From IMG/VR virus record IMGVR_UViG_3300044612_002649: a stretch of 64,000 nucleotides of DNA; one strand, written 5' to 3'. A model generated the notes under the pieces. The model was not told the origin of the DNA and did no database searches. It saw only the letters and a list, made by a program, of their open reading frames with translations. The stretch is from an uncultured virus (IMG/VR IMGVR_UViG_3300044612_002649). Its lineage: Duplodnaviria > Heunggongvirae > Uroviricota > Caudoviricetes. Numbering within the stretch: position 1 is the first letter of the stretch; each line of letters begins with the position of its first letter. The translations under genes and the position numbers were made by a program. Of this stretch, positions 31,862 to 40,765 are shown piece after piece.

Positions 31862-33274
31862 TTAAACAGCGTATCGATCGACCATAATGGTTTTTAACAT
31901 GATTCCTTCTGGTGTGAATTCACTCATATCTGCCGCCAATAATGCTTTCATGATAGCTGGACTAAAACCAGATACCAATGCTGCACCAGACTTATCAGAC
32001 TTAACCGGTACATTATCAGATGAATTAATATTCCAGAATACAATTTGTGGAGCTGTGTAACCAGCTGCCGCATATTTGCGTTCTACCATTTGCATCGCAC
32101 TATCATCAAAACTAATGCAACGATCAAATTGCATATCAGACAGGATCAATAACATTTCTGGCATTTCTGTTTGTGGAACATTGTATTTTGTTGCAACATC
32201 AAGAATTAAATCAAACGCAGCATGTAAGTTAGTGCTCATACCCCAAGTTGATTTAACCATTTGGGTTGCTTTTTCAACAACATTACCGCGAAGAGTTAAT
32301 AATTCCGGTCTTTCACTAAAAGTAATAAAAGTATCTTTAAATTTACCTTCATTTTTGTCAGCCAAGTACAAACCCAATGATACTGCAACATCCATACAGG
32401 TAATGTCCGATTTAGACATGTTACCACCAGCTCGACATGTCATCGAACCACTAACATCTACTAATGGTAGTATATTAGCATCACCAACAAAGTTTGGCAA
32501 AGCGTCCCACTGTGCAATGATATGACCTTTTTCAGTTCTATCAAACCCATAGCCACCGATACCCTTTAATACGTCATAAGGATATACCGCACCTGCATTG
32601 ACTTTAACATCAGGTTCACCCTTTACCAAAGCTTGAACGTATTCAGCAAATTTTGGAGTATGGCGATTAAAAGCTTTTTTATACCGTGTACTAGCCAATG
32701 ATGGCACATGGCTAAAGTTGATATTATCCCAATCATTCGCACACATTTGAGTTTCAACAACCTTGGTCAAAGACACTAATGTTTTGCGATATTGTTTTGG
32801 ACTCCATCCTAGAAATTTACGGAATTCAATTGCAACATTACCTTTGCGCGGTGTCCATTTAGCAGCCAAGCCATTGCCATCAGTCAATGCATTTTTTAAC
32901 ATTGTGTAAGCTTCTGTTTTCATTTCTGGTGTTTTAAACACAAAGATATCATCCCAGCGACCTAATTCAGGAACTTTAGATAACAATGCTTTTGCGGCAT
33001 CGATATCAACCGTTTCCAAATGAGATAAAATATCTCTGAACAATTTACGTTCACCTGCACCGCCTCGAACATCTCGCGACCATAATGCAACACGCATTGC
33101 TAATTCTTTATCTTCAACATACGCCGCTGTAAAAGCAGGAATTACATCTTTACCTCTACTTGCACCAATATTAAAGAACAAGTCAACAACTTTGTTTGTT
33201 GTTGACTTACGTGCTTTCATACCGTTTGAGGTATGAGATTCTTGATTTTCTACTGCTTCTACGAATGTAGTCAT
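31862..33274 (-). CDS. DUF2828-type helical plus vWA protein (Ro60/TROVE-like architecture)
   Basis: RDVRGGAGER, GRWDD, AAKWTPR, DVSGSM MIDAS, ILSDMQFD, IVFWN, VSGFSP. Confidence 0.8.
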   Translation of the reverse strand: MTTFVEAVENQESHTSNGMKARKSTTNKVVDLFFNIGASRGKDVIPAFTAAYVEDKELAMRVALWSRDVRGGAGERKLFRDILSHLETVDIDAAKALLSKVPELGRWDDIFVFKTPEMKTEAYTMLKNALTDGNGLAAKWTPRKGNVAIEFRKFLGWSPKQYRKTLVSLTKVVETQMCANDWDNINFSHVPSLASTRYKKAFNRHTPKFAEYVQALVKGEPDVKVNAGAVYPYDVLKGIGGYGFDRTEKGHIIAQWDALPNFVGDANILPLVDVSGSMTCRAGGNMSKSDITCMDVAVSLGLYLADKNEGKFKDTFITFSERPELLTLRGNVVEKATQMVKSTWGMSTNLHAAFDLILDVATKYNVPQTEMPEMLLILSDMQFDRCISFDDSAMQMVERKYAAAGYTAPQIVFWNINSSDNVPVKSDKSGAALVSGFSPAIMKALLAADMSEFTPEGIMLKTIMVDRYAV

Positions 33275-33291
33275 TGTTGTATCTCCTATGT

Positions 33292-33331
33292 CAGGTTAGT
33301 GTGTTAATTTTGTTTTGCTGTTTACTAAACT
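33292..33331 (-). promoter_or_regulatory. CAGCA-stem motif copy in the 5' UTR of the DUF2828 gene
   Basis: AGTTTAGT-AAA-CAGCA...ACTAACCTG ending a few nt before AGGAG. Confidence 0.65.
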
Positions 33332-33340
33332 ATAAGTGTG

Positions 33341-33369
33341 TATTATAGCAGATTTAATTTGTTTGTCAA
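33341..33369 (-). promoter_or_regulatory. Sigma70-type promoter of the DUF2828 gene
   Basis: TTGACA-N16-TATAAT with TG extension. Confidence 0.75.
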
Positions 33370-33426
33370 TGTTTTTTTCAAGTGAACAAGGCTCAATTCA
33401 AAAAAACTAATGTATGATTTTTAAAA

Positions 33427-33642
33427 CAGGATGACCGGAAGGATGTATTTTATTTTCTGGTTGTCATCTACCACTTGGGGACTTAATCCACAACCATATC
33501 TGATTTAGTCTAATCAGTAAACATTCATTTTCTAATGACAATATCTATCTTTCGCGTTAGAAGCTATCTAGATTTCTTCTAGAAATATCCGATTGATGTA
33601 AACATCACCGGAGCATAGGTTGTAATATGCAGAAACCATCCT
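33427..33642 (-). ncRNA. CAGCA-stem (Y-like) RNA, long cargo, CTGCA variant
   Basis: AGGATG...CTGCA / CATCCTG terminal stem. Confidence 0.6.
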
Positions 33643-33652
33643 AAAAAAGTAA

Positions 33653-33759
33653 CAGGCTAGTGTTTGTTGAAGGTTTATACTGGCTCTTCCTTCCAGTTCG
33701 ACTAGCAGTATGTTCGCCAGTCCATCCATTATGATAAATTGGATTGCTGTATCTAGCCT
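33653..33759 (-). ncRNA. CAGCA-stem (Y-like) RNA
   Basis: AGGCTAG-ATA-CAGCA / CTAGCCTG. Confidence 0.75.
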
Positions 33760-33768
33760 AAATATTAG

Positions 33769-33861
33769 CGGAATAGATTATGCCATATGTTTTACTTCTA
33801 ATAGCAAAGAAGTGTTTCTGAAGCGGGTATTAGCCGCGAAATTGTTGCTGTATCTATTCCT
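33769..33861 (-). ncRNA. CAGCA-stem (Y-like) RNA
   Basis: AGGAATAGAT-A-CAGCA / ATCTATTCCG. Confidence 0.7.
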
Positions 33862-33872
33862 AATCTTTATAT

Positions 33873-34126
33873 ATTATATAGTAATTTTATTTCTTTGTCA
33901 ATAACTTTTTGATAAATAGTTATGGTAATCAAAATACTTCCAATATTTTGAAACCTAGTCTAGAGGATCTAGGCTGTCCCATAATACATTATTTATACTA
34001 GAGGAAACACTATGGCAACATTTTGTTCTTGCATCATATGCAAAAAAGAACTATCTATCAAGGGATTTCATTCCCATTTTATTCGTTTACATACTATCGA
34101 TGGTAATATAGCTACCAAACAGTATG
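33873..34126. repeat. About 254-bp duplicated cassette head, copy 1 (copy 2 at 36240-36493)
   Basis: Near-identical block: leftward sigma70 promoter, GATAAATA, leader and first ~38 codons. Confidence 0.9.
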
Positions 34127-34818
34127 CAGCATTATCGGTTAACAAAGTTAAACAAAACACGATTATAAAAAATAATACAGCCAGGATTAACTATGCAAAT
34201 GATCCAACACATTGTAAAGAATGTGATTGTTGTTTGCCATATAACAAACGATTTAATAATTTCTGCAACAGTTCGTGCTCTGCAAAATATAATAATCTAA
34301 AAAAAGATTATAATAAATTTAAACCAGGTCCTAAAAAAGTTATCACCGTTAAATCGAAACAACGTAAGGTAAAAGAAAAAAAAGTTATCGAAAATCAATT
34401 TACTAAAATATATCTTTGTAAATGTAAAATTTCCAATAAAGTTTGGTTCTCTCCAACTATTAAAACTATTCATCCATCTATAACTGATACCAGAAAACAA
34501 TATGCATATCAATGCAGATTTACATTTAGTATTTCTAAATATCCTCAGTGGTTTAACTATTCATCAAAGTTAATATTAACGTATGGGTGGTATAGTGCAG
34601 CAAATAAAGGGAATAACTTGTCTGGGTGTTCTAGAGATCATTTATTATCAGTATATGACGGTTTTATCAATAATATTGATCCAATACTTATAAGTCATCC
34701 CGCTAATTGTGAAATAGTACCACATAAATTAAATCAATCTAAACATAAAAAATCTAAAATCTCACTCGATGAATTATTACTGAGAATAGAATTATTTGAT
34801 AAGATGCATGAGAGCTGA
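34012..34818 (+). CDS. Putative homing endonuclease (Cys-rich N-terminus, HNH-like C-terminus)
   Basis: SRDHLLS...HPANCEIV...NQSK; N-terminus shared with 36379-37212. Confidence 0.7.
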   Translation: MATFCSCIICKKELSIKGFHSHFIRLHTIDGNIATKQYAALSVNKVKQNTIIKNNTARINYANDPTHCKECDCCLPYNKRFNNFCNSSCSAKYNNLKKDYNKFKPGPKKVITVKSKQRKVKEKKVIENQFTKIYLCKCKISNKVWFSPTIKTIHPSITDTRKQYAYQCRFTFSISKYPQWFNYSSKLILTYGWYSAANKGNNLSGCSRDHLLSVYDGFINNIDPILISHPANCEIVPHKLNQSKHKKSKISLDELLLRIELFDKMHES

Positions 34819-34884
34819 ACAGGAGAATCGAACTCCTCTAACATGATTTTGCAGACCATTCCATTACCACTCTGGCAGTTCAGC
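34813..34884 (-). tRNA. tRNA-Cys(GCA), CCA not encoded
   Basis: Cloverleaf with loop CTGCAAA and discriminator U. Confidence 0.8.
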
Positions 34885-34907
34885 TCTCATGCATCTCTTG
34901 TTTTATA

Positions 34908-34993
34908 CAGGTTAGCCATCTTTTTAGGGTTTTTCATGTCCCCGACCCGATGTCCGTTCTTAAGTGAAAAGTTTTGGATGCTGTAGCTAACCT
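34908..34993 (-). ncRNA. CAGCA-stem (Y-like) RNA
   Basis: AGGTTAGC-TA-CAGCA / GCTAACCTG. Confidence 0.75.
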
Positions 34994-35000
34994 TAAATCT

Positions 35001-35288
35001 TTATTCAATAATGCCGATAATTTCACTTTCACGTAGAACGATATATTCAACACCATCAATTTTTACTTCTGTTCCCGATCCTTTAAGATACAAAGCAAGT
35101 TCCCCTACTTTCACTTCCATTGGTCGGGTAATTCCATTATCAAGTGGTTTTCCTTCACCTATTGCGACAATTTCGCCATCAATAGTTTTTTCACTTTTAT
35201 CATCTGGTATTACTAAACCAAATGAGTTAGTTTTCACCACTTCTTTCTTTTTTATAAGAACTCGGTCTTCTAAAACTTGAAAATTCAT
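35001..35288 (-). CDS. groES: Co-chaperonin GroES
   Basis: LEDRVLI...GLVIP...G.IVAIGEG...VKVG...LRESEIIG. Confidence 0.92.
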   Translation of the reverse strand: MNFQVLEDRVLIKKKEVVKTNSFGLVIPDDKSEKTIDGEIVAIGEGKPLDNGITRPMEVKVGELALYLKGSGTEVKIDGVEYIVLRESEIIGIIE

Positions 35289-35295
35289 CGTTGTC

Positions 35296-35568
35296 CTACG
35301 CAGTTCTGTTAATCAAATGGTAGCCGAATTGGGTTTGGATTGGTGCACTTAACCCACCAACTTCTAAATCAAATGAAACATCTTCAAATGGTTGAACCAT
35401 TTGTCCACGTCCAAATAGACCTAAATCACCACCACGCATTCCACTTGGGCATTTGCTAAATTGTTTGGCTAAATCACCAAATTCAGCACCTTCATTAATC
35501 TGTTTTGCTAAATCTTGCGCTTCCTCTAGTGTATCCACTAGAATATGTCTTGCTGCTACTTGTGTCAT
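35296..35568 (-). CDS. ppiC: Parvulin peptidyl-prolyl isomerase
   Basis: ARHILV, FSKCPSG..GGDLG.F.RGQMV..FE, TQFGYHLI. Confidence 0.92.
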   Translation of the reverse strand: MTQVAARHILVDTLEEAQDLAKQINEGAEFGDLAKQFSKCPSGMRGGDLGLFGRGQMVQPFEDVSFDLEVGGLSAPIQTQFGYHLINRTA

Positions 35569-35591
35569 AAATTCCTTTTTTAAAATTAGAA

Positions 35592-35703
35592 CAGGATACG
35601 TGTTTTTAGCCTGGCGCTCTCCCAACTGAGCTACATTTCTATTGAAATGGTAGGACTTGAACCTACGACATCTAGGGTGTATTAAACTTGCTGAATGTAT
35701 CCT
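35592..35703 (-). ncRNA. CAGCA-stem RNA with circularly permuted tRNA cargo
   Basis: T arm GTAGG-TTCAAGT-CCTAC, closed acceptor CATTTC-AATA-GAAATG, D arm GCTCAGTTGGGAGAGC. Confidence 0.85.
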
Positions 35704-35713
35704 AAAAAATTAG

Positions 35714-35812
35714 CAGGGTCACTGTATTATGCTGACATACAACCATTATACTTCTAGACGGAATCGAACCGTTCCTTCAGCTTGGCTTAATATAAAATGC
35801 TGAACTGACCCT
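35714..35812 (-). ncRNA. CAGCA-stem RNA with T-arm/D-arm cargo
   Basis: AGGGTCA / TGACCCTG; ACGG-TTCGATT-CCGT. Confidence 0.75.
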
Positions 35813-35817
35813 AAATT

Positions 35818-35892
35818 TGGAAGCGGGAGTTGGATTTGAACCAACGACCTCTGGGTTATGAGCCCAGCCATCTACCACTGATATACCCCGCG
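35818..35892 (-). tRNA. tRNA-Met(CAT), initiator-like
   Basis: C1 mismatch, GGG/CCC anticodon stem, CCA. Confidence 0.9.
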
Positions 35893-36023
35893 ATAATTCT
35901 TGTTATAACTGATACTATAGTTGATGTATATTTGATCTATGATCGTTATTATTAGTATATGATATAGCATCAGTTATTTTTAGTAGTATACTTGATAATA
36001 TTATAGTTGTCAAGTATTTAAAA

Positions 36024-36076
36024 CAGGCTCATTTTTTCTTGTTTGCAATAAGATTATGATATGCTGAATTGAGCCT
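36024..36076 (-). ncRNA. CAGCA-stem RNA carrying a Cys(GCA) anticodon stem-loop
   Basis: AGGCTCA / TGAGCCTG; TCTTA-TTGCAAA-CAAGA. Confidence 0.75.
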
Positions 36077-36082
36077 AAAATT

Positions 36083-36156
36083 TGGAGCGGACTACGAGAT
36101 TCGAACTCGTTTAGCTAGCTTGGAAGGCTAGAGCACAACCCATATGCCAAGTCCGC
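36083..36156 (-). tRNA. tRNA-Gly(TCC)
   Basis: Cloverleaf, loop CTTCCAA, CCA. Confidence 0.9.
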
Positions 36157-36165
36157 AATGTTTAA

Positions 36166-36220
36166 CAGGATACGTTTTATTTCACCAATTGAAAGTTTTT
36201 GTATTTGCTGAATGTATCCT
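36166..36220 (-). ncRNA. CAGCA-stem RNA with short hairpin cargo
   Basis: AGGATAC-ATT-CAGCA / GTATCCTG; TTTCA-ATTGG-TGAAA. Confidence 0.75.
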
Positions 36221-36239
36221 AAAACTGTTTATACTATAC

Positions 36240-36493
36240 ATTATATAGTAATTTTATTTCTTTGTCAATAACTTTTTGATAAATAGTTATGGTAATCAAA
36301 ATATTGGGAGTATTTTGAAACCTAGTCTAGAGGATCTAGGCTGTCCCATAATACATTATTTATACTAGAGGAAACACTATGTCAACATTTTGTTCTTGCA
36401 TCATATGCAAAAAAGAACTTTCTATCAAGGGATTTCATTCCCATTTTATTCGTTTACATACTATCGATGGTAATATAGCTACCAAACAGTATG
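36240..36493. repeat. Duplicated cassette head, copy 2
   Basis: Near-identical to 33873-34126. Confidence 0.9.
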
Positions 36494-37212
36494 GAAAACT
36501 ATCTACATTTAAAAATAAACAAAATGCAGATTTAAAAAATAATTTTATTAGAATCCAATATGCTAATATTCCTAGTCACTGTAAAGAATGTGACTGTTGC
36601 TTACCATATGAAAAACGTTCTAATAGTTTTTGTTCAAGTAGTTGCAGTGCAACTTACAATAACAACTTGCGTTCAGTAGGTGGATATAAAATGTCAATTA
36701 ATTCTAGACAAAAAATATCTGAAAAAAATACTGGGCACTTGAAACCGATTTATACCAAAATTGCATGTTGTAAAATATGCAAAAAATGGTTTGCTGGTAC
36801 AAATAAAACCTGCTCACTAACCTGTAGAAATATGAGCTTTTCATTAACCGCCAAAAAAACAAAATTAGGCGGTAATAAAAATACCAGAGCTTATGGTTGG
36901 TATTATTCAAAATTTGCTGGTAAGGTTTGGCTAGAATCATCTTATGAATACAAAGTTGCAAAAGAATTAGATGACAATAACATTAGATGGATACGTCCAT
37001 CTTTCCTTTTTTATACCTTAAATAATATAAAAAAGAGATATTACCCAGATTTCTTTTTAGAAGACTTCAATATCTTCCTAGATCCAAAAAATGATTACCT
37101 TATTATACAAGATCTTGAAAAAATAGAATGCGTTAGAAACCAAAATAATGTAAAAGTATTAGTTTTAACTAAATTTCAATTATCTTGGAAAATAATACAT
37201 TCATTGTTGTAA
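36379..37212 (+). CDS. Putative homing endonuclease (Cys-rich N-terminus, PD-(D/E)XK C-terminus)
   Basis: ESSYE...YYPDFFL...LDPKN. Confidence 0.75.
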   Translation: MSTFCSCIICKKELSIKGFHSHFIRLHTIDGNIATKQYGKLSTFKNKQNADLKNNFIRIQYANIPSHCKECDCCLPYEKRSNSFCSSSCSATYNNNLRSVGGYKMSINSRQKISEKNTGHLKPIYTKIACCKICKKWFAGTNKTCSLTCRNMSFSLTAKKTKLGGNKNTRAYGWYYSKFAGKVWLESSYEYKVAKELDDNNIRWIRPSFLFYTLNNIKKRYYPDFFLEDFNIFLDPKNDYLIIQDLEKIECVRNQNNVKVLVLTKFQLSWKIIHSLL

Positions 37213-37298
37213 TGGAGCTGAGTGTGGGACTCGAACCCACGGTGGGTGTTAACCAACGGCTTACAAGACCGCTCTAATCGCCGCTATAGGAACTCAGC
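37213..37298 (-). tRNA. tRNA-Thr(TGT) with long variable arm
   Basis: GCGGT-CTTGTAA-GCCGT; 15-nt variable region; CCA. Confidence 0.75.
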
Positions 37299-37692
37299 AT
37301 AGTTAGTACTGTTATGTGGGACCGTTTTTAAGATCCCACATAACAGTGTTCTTTACAATTTAACCTTTGTACCACACACAGTGCAGGTGCCATTGAGTTT
37401 TTTGAAATCAAGATTAAAAACTCTCATACCGGTACCGTATGTTTTATCTTGAAACTCATGTTTACAATTACATTTCTTTACTTCTACAGCCATTATGCAC
37501 CTCTTTTAATAAGAATGTTAATACGATTTTGATATTTACGTTTATCACGTGGTCTAACAGTTTTTTCAACTAGTTCTTGTAATTTAGCTAAACTAAAATT
37601 ACCAATTCTAACCTTACCATTTTTAGTTTGATTAGGGTTAGCTTTTCTGTTTCCTTTACTAATAGTTGCCATTTGATGTCCTTATTATACTA

Positions 37693-37998
37693 TTACTTAT
37701 TATTGTTGTCAAGTGTTTTTATATTTTCTTCGATAAATTTAATTGCTTCATCGACTGGTAATTCACCCACTTCTACATGAAATACATTTCTGTCTTGTGC
37801 ATGAGCACCATGTGAATTAAATGCTACTGTTGGCAATTCTTTATCAAATTTAGATACCAATCGTTCATCATTGTATGTATCTAACACTTCTTCAACAACT
37901 TCCTTTTTCTTACTGAAAATTGCATCCCAGTTATCTGCAAACTTCTGCCTGTTAACTGGTCTAGCTGCACTTCCTTTGCCGCCATGCCATCCTGCCAT
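37693..37998 (-). CDS. Hypothetical protein
   Basis: 101-aa ORF with GGAG RBS. Confidence 0.6.
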   Translation of the reverse strand: MAGWHGGKGSAARPVNRQKFADNWDAIFSKKKEVVEEVLDTYNDERLVSKFDKELPTVAFNSHGAHAQDRNVFHVEVGELPVDEAIKFIEENIKTLDNNNK

Positions 37999-38210
37999 TG
38001 TATCTCCGTTACATTTTTGTTGCCAATATAGTTTTGGCTAATTCTTTTGTTGCGATTAAATCATTCTGACTAAATGAACTTTTAATCTTTTCTGAAAATT
38101 CAATTCTTTCTTCTATTGTCATTAATCTATAAATTATTTTTATCAATTCATAATCAAATTCAGTTGGTTCTTCTAAATTTTCAAACATAAAAGTATTCTT
38201 GTCAGTGTGT

Positions 38211-38543
38211 TTAAATTTCAGGTTGAGTTTTTATGAATCGATCAATGTTTTGAATCATCAATTGTTTCAACCTAACTTTATCATATCCTGGTTCTTCTAA
38301 ACATTCTGGAAGTGTTAACCGGAATAAAGTTTCTTTTTCTTCATCATATATGGATAATGCCCATATCTGTGTTCCACAGAATCCACTAGCAGCTAATAAT
38401 ATCATTTGCCACCCATCACCTTTAATAAAACTATGGGTACGTTGCAATTGTGGTCCAACATTTGTTTTAAGAAAATCAAAAGTATTAGCTAATCTTTTTT
38501 GATAATCTTCTCCATATGATTCGTTTCCGTGTATTACTAGCAT
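38211..38543 (-). CDS. Hypothetical protein
   Basis: ATG at 38543 after GAGG; the ORF-track start lies inside tRNA-Ala. Confidence 0.55.
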   Translation of the reverse strand: MLVIHGNESYGEDYQKRLANTFDFLKTNVGPQLQRTHSFIKGDGWQMILLAASGFCGTQIWALSIYDEEKETLFRLTLPECLEEPGYDKVRLKQLMIQNIDRFIKTQPEI

Positions 38544-38563
38544 TTGTGCCTCTGTGTTAAAAT

Positions 38564-38637
38564 TGGTGGAGACTAGGAGAGTTGAACTCCTGATAACGCC
38601 GTGCAAGGGCGTGGTTATACCATTTAACTAAATCCCC
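38564..38637 (-). tRNA. tRNA-Ala(TGC)
   Basis: G3.U70 pair, loop CTTGCAC, CCA. Confidence 0.9.
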
Positions 38638-38642
38638 GATAT

Positions 38643-38720
38643 TGGCTCCCATCGCTGGTAACGATCCAGCCTCATTCTCGGTTAACAGCCGAGCGCATTC
38701 ACCATGATTGCTAGATGGGA
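38643..38720 (-). tRNA. tRNA-Asn(GTT)
   Basis: Loop CTGTTAA, GCCA end, atypical T loop. Confidence 0.85.
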
Positions 38721-39418
38721 TTTATTCTTTTTTTACCGTTTTGTGGTATAAATTCAGGAACTAATTTAGAGAATGCTATTACTAAATTTGGTTTAGAATA
38801 TTTATACCCAGTTATTCTTACAAACTCATCAAATCCAACATTTTTGTATATACTATACCATTCTATATGTTGGTTAATTCGTTGATTTTGTTTTTCTTCT
38901 TTTTCTGTTTTTATTTTTGTAAGAAGATTTTCATTTTTAACCAGTCTGGTAGAATATTCATCGAAATCTATAATTCGTTTTTTAATCCACCCATCTGGAA
39001 TTATATCAGTTTTTTTAACTTTTTTGGTTTCACGTAAAGCAATATTACTTATCCATATTGATCCATATTGTGAATTTTTTTTACCGGATTGTAATTCACT
39101 TTGGATTTTACTAAACTGATATCTTAATAGTTCATATTTCCTTGATGATACGTATCTACATTGATTTCCAGATTTACAATATAACATCATAATAAATGCT
39201 TTTATCATTTTATTACCATTTGCAGTTCCTGGTTTATATATTTTCATCAATAAGTAATGACATATATAATGTTCTCTAGCAGATAATTTTACTAAATTCA
39301 TAGGATTATCTGTTCCACCCAATGATTTAGGTATTATATGATGTGTCTCTGTGTATCCATTATATTTTTCATTTTGTCTTTTATCAATAATTTGATTGTA
39401 AATTTTTCTGTAATTCAT
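38711..39418 (-). CDS. HNH homing endonuclease
   Basis: HHIIPKSLGG...NLVKLSAREHYICH; stop codon lies inside tRNA-Asn. Confidence 0.9.
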   Translation of the reverse strand: MNYRKIYNQIIDKRQNEKYNGYTETHHIIPKSLGGTDNPMNLVKLSAREHYICHYLLMKIYKPGTANGNKMIKAFIMMLYCKSGNQCRYVSSRKYELLRYQFSKIQSELQSGKKNSQYGSIWISNIALRETKKVKKTDIIPDGWIKKRIIDFDEYSTRLVKNENLLTKIKTEKEEKQNQRINQHIEWYSIYKNVGFDEFVRITGYKYSKPNLVIAFSKLVPEFIPQNGKKRINPI

Positions 39419-39691
39419 ACTGTTAATCCATTTAACAGTATTTATGCATTTAACAGTTTTATTTAAAATAGTTTTTGATACTGTTGAAAAAAATCAATCA
39501 GTACATCTAACTTTTCCATTGCTTCTTGCTCTGTCATGTTAAATATCCTTTTTGATATATCGACAATTATTCTTTTTATAGTTTAGTATCAAGAGTGAGT
39601 TGTACCAAGATACCGATCATTCAAAATATTGTTATACAATATCTAAATCTCGCACCGCATGTTATTGTAAACTATTTTTTATTTATATTTT

Positions 39692-39753
39692 ATCAGGATG
39701 CGTTTTAACATTTTCAATTTATCAGGATGCGTTTTAACATTTTCAATTTATCA
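39692..39753. repeat. 29-bp tandem duplication of a CAGCA-stem RNA 3' end
   Basis: ATCAGGATGCGTTTTAACATTTTCAATTT occurs twice. Confidence 0.85.
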
Positions 39754-39785
39754 GATTGACGTTTAAAGTTTGCTGAATGCATCCT
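39723..39785 (-). ncRNA. CAGCA-stem RNA carrying an Ile(GAT) anticodon stem-loop
   Basis: AGGATGC / GCATCCTG; TCAAT-CTGATAA-ATTGA. Confidence 0.8.
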
Positions 39786-39794
39786 AAAACTTTA

Positions 39795-39883
39795 CAGGAT
39801 CTTTTATTTAGTGGACTTGAACCACTTAACTTACGATTTAGAGTCGTTTGTATTATCCAAAGGAAAGTTGCTGTAAAGATCCT
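39795..39883 (-). ncRNA. CAGCA-stem RNA carrying a CUA anticodon arm plus T arm
   Basis: ACGA-CTCTAAA-TCGT then AGTGG-TTCAAGT-CCACT. Confidence 0.8.
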
Positions 39884-39889
39884 AAATTT

Positions 39890-39978
39890 TGGCGGAAGAT
39901 GTGAGATTCGAACTCACGCAACCCTTTCGAGGTTGACGGTTTAGCAAACCGCTCCATTAACCACTCTGGCAACCTTCC
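39890..39978 (-). tRNA. tRNA-Ser(GCT)
   Basis: Long variable arm, loop TTGCTAA, GCCA. Confidence 0.92.
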
Positions 39979-39986
39979 TATATTCA

Positions 39987-40072
39987 TGGTAGCCGAGGGC
40001 GGAGTTGAACCGCCACGCCCGAAAGCAATGGATTTTAAGTCCATCATGTACTACCAATTTCATCACTCGGCC
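39987..40072 (-). tRNA. tRNA-Leu(TAA)
   Basis: Loop CTTAAAA, long variable arm, ACCA. Confidence 0.9.
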
Positions 40073-40085
40073 ATTAATTTTGTAT

Positions 40086-40164
40086 CAGGTTAGTTGCTTA
40101 CCTAAAGCTAATCGCATATAGCGACCGGAATCGAACCGACTGTTTATTTTGCTGTAGCTAACCT
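40086..40164 (-). ncRNA. CAGCA-stem RNA with minimal permuted tRNA cargo
   Basis: T arm CGG-TTCGATT-CCG, TCGC-TATAT-GCGA, D-like GCTTTAGGTAAGC. Confidence 0.8.
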
Positions 40165-40173
40165 AACATTTAT

Positions 40174-40308
40174 CAGAATGCATTTTATTTTTTCACCATC
40201 GCGTTTACCAGTTTCGCCACTTAAAACCAGGTTTTAAGGTAGGACTTGAACCTACAAATCAAAGATAACGGTTTCCTATTAATAAAATATAGTTGCTGTA
40301 AGCATTCT
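40174..40308 (-). ncRNA. CAGCA-stem RNA with permuted Leu-type tRNA cargo
   Basis: AGAATGC / GCATTCTG; T arm, CTTAAAAC-CTG-GTTTTAAG, D arm GCGAAACTGGTAAACGC. Confidence 0.85.
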
Positions 40309-40314
40309 AAATCT

Positions 40315-40389
40315 TGGAGGCAGAGGAGGGAATCGAACCCCCGACCTTCGGGTTATGAGCCCGACAATCTACCGCTGATATACTCTGCG
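40315..40389 (-). tRNA. tRNA-Met(CAT), initiator-like, second copy
   Basis: TCGGG-CTCATAA-CCCGA; CCA. Confidence 0.88.
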
Positions 40390-40445
40390 TTAATTCTTTG
40401 TGTATATTATACACGATTTTTTAATCTTGTCAATATTAATTTTAA

Positions 40446-40567
40446 CAGGATCCTTTTTTACGTCGCTCTACCAGACTGAGCTAATCCCCGGTAGTTTTTC
40501 GGGGATGTCGGATTCGAACCGACGACCAACGGCTCCCAATGCAATTATTGTATGCTGAACGGATCCT
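40446..40567 (-). ncRNA. CAGCA-stem RNA with permuted Pro-like tRNA cargo
   Basis: GTCGG-TTCGAAT-CCGAC, ATCCCCG-loop-CGGGGAT, GCTCAGTCTGGTAGAGC. Confidence 0.88.
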
Positions 40568-40765
40568 AAAACTTTAAAATTGTTAAAGAGCTTATTAACT
40601 AATATGTGTACATTATACACTAATTAAATTATATGTCAAGATATTTTTGAATTTAAATCATTAATAATTTGTTTTCCAACTGATTCATACGGCGTGGCTC
40701 CAGTAATCATATCTTGATTATCGTATTTATCCATATATTATACACAAACTAATTTATTAGTCAAT

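Noticed and set aside
37213..37298. tRNA-Tyr(GTA) call
   Set aside because: Shifting the loop by one base destroys the stem; the TGT register gives a 5-bp stem.
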